64,000 nucleotides of DNA from Escherichia phage vB_EcoM_F1. Location: sequence record NC_054912.1; one strand, written 5' to 3'. The position numbers and the translations under genes are program-made. Every line of letters begins with the position of its first letter. The first letter of the stretch is position 1. This document shows, one piece after another, positions 57,131 through 64,000 of the stretch. Under the pieces are notes generated by a model that saw only the letters and a program-made list of their open reading frames with translations, did no database searches and was not told the DNA's origin.

Positions 57131-57397
57131 TTAATCCTTTTTATTGGCACGAATTTGTTCTAAAATTTTAGAATATTCCTTTGTATCAGATTTACGTACA
57201 ATTGATACACTATAAGGCATACTATCGGTGTCTTTTATAAAGCGTTCCAAATGACACTCTAACAAAATTTCTGGATTATAAATCGTGTACATCAAATTAC
57301 CTGTTGCTCCACGATATTGGCAGATTTCTACTGATTGAACACCATTCCATAATTTTGTTAAAACTAAATCACCTACTTCTAATTTAGGAAAGCCCAT
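57131..57397 (-). CDS. hypothetical protein (88 aa)
   Basis: track ORF 57131..57409 trimmed to ATG at 57397. Confidence 0.4.
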   Translation of the reverse strand: MGFPKLEVGDLVLTKLWNGVQSVEICQYRGATGNLMYTIYNPEILLECHLERFIKDTDSMPYSVSIVRKSDTKEYSKILEQIRANKKD

Positions 57398-57398
57398 G

Positions 57399-57584
57399 TT
57401 ATTCACCAATTAAAGTTTCAATATAAGAATCAAGATTTACTTTAGCTTCTTCCATAAGAGTTTTGTATTTAATCTTGTTAGCATGTCCGGAGAAAGCTGA
57501 TTCATCAATAACTGTTGCTGTATGAACAGCTTTGCTATATGTTTCAATTAATTCTTTTAATTTAAAAGCCTGCTCACTTGTCAT
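57399..57584 (-). CDS. small helical protein (61 aa), member of a short-protein family
   Basis: N-terminus MTSEQAFKLKELIETY resembles 57912..58106, 58109..58300 and 60108..60293. Confidence 0.45.
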   Translation of the reverse strand: MTSEQAFKLKELIETYSKAVHTATVIDESAFSGHANKIKYKTLMEEAKVNLDSYIETLIGE

Positions 57585-57713
57585 TACATACTCCTTTGAA
57601 TAATATCAATAATGTTGTTCACCAGATTATAAGTAAACATTGGGTAATTATATTGAATCATCACATACACAACAAACAAAACTTTCATTCTCTTCTCCTT
57701 GGCAGTTGACAAG

Positions 57714-57746
57714 ATTACTATACCATAACCTTGCCAACTTGTAAAC
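57714..57746 (-). promoter_or_regulatory. T4-type early promoter
   Basis: minus strand GTTTACaagttggcaaggttaTGGTATAGTAAT. Confidence 0.45.
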
Positions 57747-57911
57747 CATTAAATGACGTTTTCAATAAAATTCTGAAGCTTTGTATGAGCATCAACCATG
57801 ATTTTCAATTCTTCTTTAGCGAAAGCTGTACCTCTTTCACGAGAAGAACATTCATAGTCAGAAACTGCATTAGCATATTCTTCAATTAGCTTCATTAAAA
57901 ACATCTGCTTT

Positions 57912-58106
57912 TCAGTTTTCATTATTCCACCTAATCATTTCAAGATATTGAACTAACTTAGCTTTGGATTTATCCAAATCCTTTTTAGCTGCTTCTATAC
58001 CGTCGTATGAATATCCTTCACAATGCTCAACTGCTAATTGGTATGAATCTATTTCAATATCACGTGCTAATTTAATGATTTTTTCAAACTGTTCACGTGT
58101 TAGCAT
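57912..58106 (-). CDS. small helical protein (64 aa)
   Basis: MLTREQFEKIIKLARDIEID... Confidence 0.45.
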   Translation of the reverse strand: MLTREQFEKIIKLARDIEIDSYQLAVEHCEGYSYDGIEAAKKDLDKSKAKLVQYLEMIRWNNEN

Positions 58107-58108
58107 AC

Positions 58109-58300
58109 TTACACTCTCGTATTATGATCGATAATTTCATCAAGAAACATATCTAACGCTTCTACAGCATTATTAAATTTAGCTTCAAATTCTTCAATAC
58201 CTGATAAACCTGATAAGGCAAAGTTAATGCGTTCCTCATCTGCTTTACGAATTGAAGCCACTAATTCCTTGATTTTATCCGCTTGCTCTACACTAATCAT
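58109..58300 (-). CDS. small helical protein (63 aa)
   Basis: ATG at 58300 ([17 protein letters not shown]); track ORF extends to 58336. Confidence 0.45.
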   Translation of the reverse strand: MISVEQADKIKELVASIRKADEERINFALSGLSGIEEFEAKFNNAVEALDMFLDEIIDHNTRV

Positions 58301-58488
58301 TATTCCACCACATATGAAAGAGAGAATATTGCACACGCCATGTGAGTTGCAACTTCATCACACATATCATAACGTTTCTTAAGAAGTTCTACAAGTTCTT
58401 CACTAGTGACTTCATCCATGTCGACGAAAAAATCACCATTAATGATGACATAGATATTTCCTTCTTGATTAAGTGCTTCAATTTTCAT
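58300..58488 (-). CDS. small hypothetical protein (62 aa)
   Basis: ATG at 58488 with GAGGAG RBS downstream of an early promoter; track start is TTG at 58533. Confidence 0.45.
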   Translation of the reverse strand: MKIEALNQEGNIYVIINGDFFVDMDEVTSEELVELLKKRYDMCDEVATHMACAIFSLSYVVE

Positions 58489-58514
58489 GATGTTCTCCTC
58501 TTTATCCGATGGTT

Positions 58515-58546
58515 GTATAGTATCACAGCTCAAATGGAAAGTAAAC
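58515..58546 (-). promoter_or_regulatory. T4-type early promoter
   Basis: minus strand GTTTACtttccatttgagctgTGATACTATAC. Confidence 0.45.
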
Positions 58547-58561
58547 CGGTAAAATGAAAAA

Positions 58562-58579
58562 AGTCTCCCGAAGGAGACT
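58562..58579 (-). terminator. stem-loop agtctcc-cgaa-ggagact with U-run
   Basis: 7-bp stem, UUCG loop, minus RNA followed by uuuuucauuuu. Confidence 0.55.
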
Positions 58580-58583
58580 AATG

Positions 58584-58859
58584 TTATTCGAGGGAAAGAA
58601 GATACTTACTCTGGTAAAACATTCCAGTAATATCATCTATCGTGCTTTGGATGGCTGGAGGCATTTCTTTATAAATGCTGTTAGATTGGTCTAGTATGCG
58701 ATCAATCATTTTAATTGTGTCGGTAGGAAGTTTACTAGCATCTGGAATTGAAGGTGTGTATTTTCTACCAGAATACCCCAAATATTGCTCACCAAATTTA
58801 TCAATCAAATCTGGCAACTCGGAGAAAATAAAATCGTCTAGCATAACTTTTAGTTTCAA
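58584..58859 (-). CDS. hypothetical protein (91 aa)
   Basis: track ORF. Confidence 0.45.
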   Translation of the reverse strand: MKLKVMLDDFIFSELPDLIDKFGEQYLGYSGRKYTPSIPDASKLPTDTIKMIDRILDQSNSIYKEMPPAIQSTIDDITGMFYQSKYLLSLE

Positions 58860-58955
58860 AATGCGCAGAATGAAAATAAGCTTGTGCAGCCATTAATAAA
58901 CCTAAGTATTCATCTGCCTTTGAAGGTTTTCCACTTTGTGAAAAGTCGCTGAATT

Positions 58956-59249
58956 TCATTCAGTCTCCAATTTAATGTTCATAATTCTAGCGTATGATTG
59001 TGCCATCTCCGCGCCTCGCTCTATACATTCAAAATCGGAAGAGCACGGGTCATTTTTATAAGTCGTTCGCATAAAACTATAGAACTGTTCAGATGATTCT
59101 ACGCTTTTATTTTCAAAAAGCATATAAACGTGTCTAATACCAGATTCCATAAATTTATCAAAATGAGGATCGACATTCGCTTCAATTGGTGGAGATAAAG
59201 CAAACGCTAATCCTAGCATGGCAAATAGTGCCGTTGCTTTTAAGGCCAT
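58956..59249 (-). CDS. rI: lysis-inhibition regulator rI (periplasmic antiholin)
   Basis: 97 aa with N-terminal signal-anchor MALKATALFAMLGLAFALSP; recognised as T4 RI. Confidence 0.8.
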   Translation of the reverse strand: MALKATALFAMLGLAFALSPPIEANVDPHFDKFMESGIRHVYMLFENKSVESSEQFYSFMRTTYKNDPCSSDFECIERGAEMAQSYARIMNIKLETE

Positions 59250-59261
59250 AAAGGCCTCCTA

Positions 59262-59474
59262 TCATTTTTGTCCTGTATTTACTTTATGCCGATGCACGGC
59301 CTTAACTTTATCAAGGTATTTTTCAAAATTTCGCAATCTAGTATAGTCTGCCGGAGATTGGTTGAGTGATACTTCTCGACGCAAAGCTGAAATGATATTT
59401 CCAACTTCCCTACGAATTTCATCTAATTGAAGAACAGTAAGATTGCAAAGTTGCTTTTCAGTTAATTGTAGCAT
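59262..59474 (-). CDS. hypothetical protein (70 aa)
   Basis: track ORF. Confidence 0.45.
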   Translation of the reverse strand: MLQLTEKQLCNLTVLQLDEIRREVGNIISALRREVSLNQSPADYTRLRNFEKYLDKVKAVHRHKVNTGQK

Positions 59475-59516
59475 ATATACCCCTTTAGTTAGATAAACCT
59501 ATTTATAACTTTTGCA

Positions 59517-60098
59517 CTAACCGAGCTTTTTAGTTAATTCGTTCCAATGTTTTCTACACAAAGAAACATAAATTTCATCACCAATACAGATTTGATTACC
59601 TTCTTTAACTGGTGTTCCATCTTCCATTAATCGAGCTGTCATAATAGCTTTTTTACCACAATGACAAACTGCCTTTAGTTCAATAAGTTTATCTGCAATC
59701 GCCAAAAGTTCTTTAGAACCTTCAAATAATTTTCCAGCGAAATCAGTCCTTAATCCATAAGCCATAACAGGAACATTATATGTATCAACAATTCGGCTTA
59801 ATTGATGCACTTGTTCAGTTTTTAAAAACTGAGCTTCATCTACAAATACGCAATGAATATCTTTTTGTGCTTCAGCCCATTTATAGAACTCGAAAATATC
59901 CATATCATCTGTAATAATATTCGCTTCCTGCTTAATTCCAATGCGAGAAACGACTTCACAGACAGAATCGCGAGTATCAATAGCGGGTTTAAGAACTAAT
60001 ACACTCATTCCACGTTCTTTATAATTATGTGCGGCAGTCAAAAGAGAAGCAGATTTTCCAGCATTCATTGCTGCATAAGTAAAAATTAAACTCGCCAT
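59517..60098 (-). CDS. tk: thymidine kinase
   Basis: 193 aa; P-loop AAMNAGKS; C-terminal Zn site CHCG...C; recognised as T4 Tk. Confidence 0.9.
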   Translation of the reverse strand: MASLIFTYAAMNAGKSASLLTAAHNYKERGMSVLVLKPAIDTRDSVCEVVSRIGIKQEANIITDDMDIFEFYKWAEAQKDIHCVFVDEAQFLKTEQVHQLSRIVDTYNVPVMAYGLRTDFAGKLFEGSKELLAIADKLIELKAVCHCGKKAIMTARLMEDGTPVKEGNQICIGDEIYVSLCRKHWNELTKKLG

Positions 60099-60107
60099 AT
60101 CACCTTC

Positions 60108-60293
60108 TTAAAGCGTATTCACATAAGCTATTAATTCATTTTCTTTCTTATCAAACCGATCAGCAAATTCTTCCTGCTGTTCGGGAGATAACGGGCCGTA
60201 TTCATCATAAAAGGTGTTTGCTTCTGTATGCTCATCTAGAAGTTCATGGATAAGCTCAAATAATTTATCTTTTTGTTCTTTACTCAGACTCAT
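60108..60293 (-). CDS. small helical protein (61 aa)
   Basis: MSLSKEQKDKLFELIHELL..., same short-protein family as 57399..58300. Confidence 0.45.
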   Translation of the reverse strand: MSLSKEQKDKLFELIHELLDEHTEANTFYDEYGPLSPEQQEEFADRFDKKENELIAYVNTL

Positions 60294-60459
60294 ATATTAA
60301 TTTCCAGGAGTTTTAAAATAATTCGCTTTTGCTTAAATATTTCCATAGTTAAATGACCAGTATCTTTTTGACCGATTCCAATGGCAAAACCTTTATTAAC
60401 AGCGAGTTCAATTAAATTATCAAGCTCACGTAACACTTCGTATTGTAACTCAAAACTAT

Positions 60460-60666
60460 TCATTTTGGTTTACCTTCTTTAACGAAATCTGGATAAGGAT
60501 AAAATCCCGAATAAAATCCTTCACCTTTATGATTGATACATCCTTTATTAGAACAATAGCACCAATAATCGAAATCACAAGCCATTTCATCGTTGCATAA
60601 AGCAAAAACAACCGGCCACTTACACTTTTCACAATGGGCATTTTTAAGAATACTAGTTTGGCTCAT
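60460..60666 (-). CDS. Cys-rich small protein (probable Zn-binding)
   Basis: CEKC...C...C.C..C motif; ATG at 60666 overlapping upstream stop (ATGA); track ORF extends to 60687. Confidence 0.45.
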   Translation of the reverse strand: MSQTSILKNAHCEKCKWPVVFALCNDEMACDFDYWCYCSNKGCINHKGEGFYSGFYPYPDFVKEGKPK

Positions 60667-60875
60667 AACCATGTCACCTTCAAGCAATATTCTTCTACGT
60701 GCTGTTTGCGACCTTTCTTATCAATAAAGGTATATTCAACGAATGTTCCAATGTAGTCTTTATCTACATCATGTAGACTATTAATTGGGCATTTAGTACG
60801 GCAAATGCGTTCCCATTGACGAATAATTTCTGCTTTGTTTTTAGGATCAAACGGATGCGGGTAATGCACTTTCAT
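60663..60875 (-). CDS. hypothetical protein (70 aa)
   Basis: track ORF. Confidence 0.45.
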   Translation of the reverse strand: MKVHYPHPFDPKNKAEIIRQWERICRTKCPINSLHDVDKDYIGTFVEYTFIDKKGRKQHVEEYCLKVTWL

Positions 60876-61326
60876 AATCCACCACTATTAAATCAATATC
60901 AGGAGTAAACATGTCGATTAATTTAGAAACCTTATCCCAATCACCGCCAGCAATACCACAACCTATGCGTGGAATGTAAATTACTGGTTTAAACAAAAGG
61001 GTTTCTGCCTGTAGATTTAATTCTATCATGCAGTTTACTAAAGCACCATAATCAAGATTAGGACCTGGTTCGTATTGCGTATACAAGTTATAACATATGC
61101 CAAAACCATTAGGTTTATGTTTAAAAACAATAGACATATCACCGAGTTTTTCACGCGAACCATATTCAGTAGTAGTTTTATCTATTTCTAAAATTTTAGG
61201 ATAGGCCCTTGCTAATTGACCAGCTACACCACTGCCCATTGTATGAAAACAATTGCATCCATGCGCAATATTTTTACCTTCAGCGAAAAGGGCGACAATA
61301 TCGCCCTTGATATATTTTACAATCAT
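60847..61326 (-). CDS. macro-domain protein (predicted ADP-ribose binding/hydrolase)
   Basis: 159 aa with HGCNC...GSGVAG and GCGIAGGDW glycine-rich loops typical of macro domains. Confidence 0.6.
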   Translation of the reverse strand: MIVKYIKGDIVALFAEGKNIAHGCNCFHTMGSGVAGQLARAYPKILEIDKTTTEYGSREKLGDMSIVFKHKPNGFGICYNLYTQYEPGPNLDYGALVNCMIELNLQAETLLFKPVIYIPRIGCGIAGGDWDKVSKLIDMFTPDIDLIVVDYESALPASV

Positions 61327-61670
61327 CTAGTACTCAATCCTCGATTATAAGAATCTACCAAACGGTCAACCATTGAATGACAAGCGGCTTTATCTTTCTC
61401 CTCCGCAACTGAACATTCTAAGGTATTCCACTTTTTAGCATATCGTTTTAATAATGTATCGTTTTTGTATCTGCTTGATTTATCTCTTTCTCCGTCTTTA
61501 TATGCATATATTAATTTCTGTGCAAATTCAGCTTGGCATGCTTTATTTTTCCCACAATAATCTGCCGCAGTGCGGTTTACATATTCTCTAATTTCAGTAT
61601 ATGATGTATCTGCTGACGCAGAAGCAGAAAATGAAATTAATCCTATACATAAAACCAAAATTTTAGTCAT
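61323..61670 (-). CDS. secreted Cys-containing protein (115 aa)
   Basis: signal peptide MTKILVLCIGLISFSASASA. Confidence 0.5.
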   Translation of the reverse strand: MTKILVLCIGLISFSASASADTSYTEIREYVNRTAADYCGKNKACQAEFAQKLIYAYKDGERDKSSRYKNDTLLKRYAKKWNTLECSVAEEKDKAACHSMVDRLVDSYNRGLSTR

Positions 61671-62208
61671 TTACTATTTCCAAAAGTTTATTATTTTTAA
61701 GGTAATTAGCCTTTTCTAGGACTTCAGAAGCATATTTAGAACCTGCTTTAACATTCCATCCCGAATTATAAGAGGATATTGCTTTTCTTATATCGCCCTT
61801 ATGTATATTTAACCAATAAGAAAGTTCAATGTACGCCCAGGAAGCTGAATTGGATCGTTTATTCAACATTCTTTTTATTTCAGCATCGGTCATATTATAA
61901 CCAAGTTCCTTAACTCTTGCTCGCATAGTAGGCAAATAATTTTGGAACATTCCATAAGCGTGATGCTTTGGTTTAGATTTTAAATTAACTCCGCCAGAGC
62001 TTTCTTGCCATAAAATAGCAGCCATTATATGACCTAATCCGCTCTTGTGGATATTTTTATGTGTTTTATATTTTCCATCCTTAGAAAATTGTTCCCCGAA
62101 TTGATACGCGTAACGCATGTTATCGAGTTGGACATTACTGAAAGTATGCTCGGAGCTATGTGCCATCATTGAAATGGCCAATAGACCAGCGAGTAGTGCT
62201 TTTCTCAT
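61663..62208 (-). CDS. secreted lytic-transglycosylase-like (SLT domain) protein
   Basis: signal peptide MRKALLAGLLAISMMAHS; ILWQESSGG and SSYNSGWN motifs. Confidence 0.55.
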   Translation of the reverse strand: MRKALLAGLLAISMMAHSSEHTFSNVQLDNMRYAYQFGEQFSKDGKYKTHKNIHKSGLGHIMAAILWQESSGGVNLKSKPKHHAYGMFQNYLPTMRARVKELGYNMTDAEIKRMLNKRSNSASWAYIELSYWLNIHKGDIRKAISSYNSGWNVKAGSKYASEVLEKANYLKNNKLLEIVND

Positions 62209-62215
62209 GCTTACC

Positions 62216-62677
62216 TCATTGAGTTTTAATTACTGCTTTAGAAGCCTTTCCTGGTAAACGACGACTGTTAATAATTGCCATCCTACATTGAAGTGACGGG
62301 TCTTTGAACTTCGCATTAGGTTTACAAACTGTAAATCCAAGCCAAAGATTTCCATCTGTGATTTCTAAACGTCCAGGACGATATTCAACCCCATCAATAA
62401 AATCCTCGTCAATGTCAGGACGCGGAGGCATACTCAGGAATTCATTAACTTCTAAAACATGGTCTTTTATTTTATGGAATAATTCAAAAACGTATGTCTC
62501 ATCAATCTCCCGTTGAATTGCGCGATCAAGAAGATGTTGAGAATATTTTAGATGAAACGATGAGACCCCTGCTGCTTTTGATGCCTCACGAATCTCATTG
62601 TTAATTTGACGAAACTCCGACTCAAAGTGACGACGAAGCTTATTTCGACGGATAAAAACTTCTGTATTGATAGTCAT
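62216..62677 (-). CDS. regB: RegB sequence-specific endoribonuclease
   Basis: 153 aa MTINTEVFIRRNKLRRHFESEF; recognised as T4 RegB; early promoter upstream. Confidence 0.75.
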   Translation of the reverse strand: MTINTEVFIRRNKLRRHFESEFRQINNEIREASKAAGVSSFHLKYSQHLLDRAIQREIDETYVFELFHKIKDHVLEVNEFLSMPPRPDIDEDFIDGVEYRPGRLEITDGNLWLGFTVCKPNAKFKDPSLQCRMAIINSRRLPGKASKAVIKTQ

Positions 62678-62704
62678 GTTATTCTCCTCTTAACTGATAG
62701 AAAA

Positions 62705-62734
62705 ATTATACCACAGTCAAGAGGAAAAGTAAAC
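62705..62734 (-). promoter_or_regulatory. T4-type early promoter upstream of regB
   Basis: minus strand GTTTACttttcctcttgactgTGGTATAAT. Confidence 0.5.
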
Positions 62735-62736
62735 AG

Positions 62737-63015
62737 TTATTCTTTAAATCTAATCAATTTATTCATAGACTTTGAAACTTCTGCACGAACCTCATGTAGA
62801 TTTTTGAGCTGTTCAAGACGCTGCTCATAGTAAGCAATTTCATCTTCTTCGAGACAGTCCTGTGAATCTTCTTTAAGATAACGTGCATAGTCCTGAAAAG
62901 CGTTACGAACTACTTCCTGGAAATCATCAAGACTTTGAATTTTCTTAGGAGCAGCAGATACACGACGAGGGGCAGTATAATACTCATAACCAAACCCTGC
63001 GCTTAATTGAGCCAT
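62737..63015 (-). CDS. hypothetical protein (92 aa)
   Basis: ATG at 63015 with GAGGAA RBS; track ORF extends to 63057. Confidence 0.45.
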   Translation of the reverse strand: MAQLSAGFGYEYYTAPRRVSAAPKKIQSLDDFQEVVRNAFQDYARYLKEDSQDCLEEDEIAYYEQRLEQLKNLHEVRAEVSKSMNKLIRFKE

Positions 63016-63281
63016 TAGTATTTTTCCTCTGGTTGGAACACAGCACGGCAAGCCCACATACTGGCTTCTTTGAGTTTCGTTTTAGCAATAGTTAACTGAT
63101 CGAGGCTTTCGGCGTAATTCTTCGCGAGTTCATCATCTTCACAGCTATCAAATGCTTCCCAAAATTCATCGTATAAAGCATCAAAGATAAGTCCTAAACG
63201 AACTTCAGCGTCTTTGATAGCATTCACTTTACCGATTTTCTCTTCAGTATGTGGTTTATAACCTTTAATATCTTCAATCAT
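63015..63281 (-). CDS. hypothetical protein (88 aa)
   Basis: ATG at 63281 with GAGGAA RBS; track ORF extends to 63317. Confidence 0.4.
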   Translation of the reverse strand: MIEDIKGYKPHTEEKIGKVNAIKDAEVRLGLIFDALYDEFWEAFDSCEDDELAKNYAESLDQLTIAKTKLKEASMWACRAVFQPEEKY

Positions 63282-63495
63282 ATTTGACTTCCTCACCAGT
63301 ACATAAATCATATTCAACTAAACGAATAGGTTCATGAATGCCATATCCTTGAACAGAAATTTCTGTAGTAGGATAAATTCCATTAATATCACCCATGTTC
63401 CATGCTTCGTTAAATTGCTGTTCGCCTGAATTACTAAACCATTCGGCGAAAGCATTTAACACATCTTCAGAACCTTCAATAATTATCTTTGCCAT
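63274..63495 (-). CDS. hypothetical protein (73 aa)
   Basis: track ORF. Confidence 0.45.
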   Translation of the reverse strand: MAKIIIEGSEDVLNAFAEWFSNSGEQQFNEAWNMGDINGIYPTTEISVQGYGIHEPIRLVEYDLCTGEEVKYD

Positions 63496-63857
63496 TACAA
63501 ACTCTCGGTAAAGGTACGAGCGATAACGTCGCGCTGCTGTTCCGGAGTCAGAGAGTTAAAGCGAACTGCATAACCGGATACACGGATGGTCAGCTGTGGA
63601 TATTTTTCCGGATGCTTAACTGCATCTTCCAGAGTTTCACGACGCAGAACGTTAACGTTCAGGTGTTGACCACCTTCAATTTTAACTGTAGGCTGTTGCT
63701 CAATTTCAATTTCACGGGCATGCAAACCATAGAAAATTTCTGGGTCTACAAAAGAGTCCTCTTTAAAGGTTTTAGAGACAATAATTCGCGCTTGAATACC
63801 ATCTTCAAAATAAATAGTACCTTTATGTGTGCCTTCAAGAATTTGATATGCTTTCAT
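63495..63857 (-). CDS. autonomous glycyl-radical cofactor (GrcA/YfiD-like)
   Basis: 120 aa ending with glycyl-radical signature [17 protein letters not shown]. Confidence 0.75.
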   Translation of the reverse strand: MKAYQILEGTHKGTIYFEDGIQARIIVSKTFKEDSFVDPEIFYGLHAREIEIEQQPTVKIEGGQHLNVNVLRRETLEDAVKHPEKYPQLTIRVSGYAVRFNSLTPEQQRDVIARTFTESL

Positions 63858-64000
63858 ATAAACCTCAATTAGAAAATAAATTTATCCAAGATTGTTCTTT
63901 AATTAAAAATGGCTCAGAATCATATGCCATTAAACTCTGTGTGATTAGTCCTTTAAAAGGCCCATCAATAAATTCCATGGTAAAATATGGAATTTTATTC

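Overview
This window reads as the early/replication half of a T4-like (T-even) lytic phage genome, beginning at the rIIA stop codon and running about 64 kb. Almost every gene is on the minus strand and packed tightly, often with ATGA or TAATG stop/start overlaps. Genes I recognise from sequence, in window order: rIIA, an intact topoisomerase gene 39 (606 codons, not split as in T4), dexA, dda, modA/modB ADP-ribosyltransferases, soc, a segF-like GIY-YIG endonuclease, 56 (dCTPase), dam, 61 (primase), sp, dmd, 41, 40, uvsX, 42, imm, 43 (DNA polymerase), regA, 62, 44, 45, rpbA, 46, 47, alpha-glucosyltransferase, 55 (late sigma), nrdH, nrdG, nrdD (split by a group I intron carrying an I-TevII-like ORF), 49 (endonuclease VII), pin, nrdC, rI, tk and regB. 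There are no rRNA, tRNA or CRISPR features. Regulatory signals are a family of early promoters (GTTTAC, about 15-18 nt, then TGGTATAAT or TGGTACTATAC), two late promoters (TATAAATA) and many UUCG-tetraloop terminator hairpins. Differences from the T4 reference are from memory: intact gene 39 with an HNH endonuclease gene downstream, and a different glycosyltransferase at the beta-gt position, which suggests a T2/T6/RB-type relative. The main things worth a second look are apparent frameshifts in modA and in the intron endonuclease, a plus-strand small membrane-protein ORF between dam and 61, a tandem array of four coiled-coil paralogs, and an ATPase/nucleotidyltransferase/membrane-protein cluster. 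The ORF track uses TTG/GTG starts, so several track ORFs run upstream through promoters; I trimmed those starts. Feature coordinates not taken directly from the track were derived by manual counting and could be off by a base or two.
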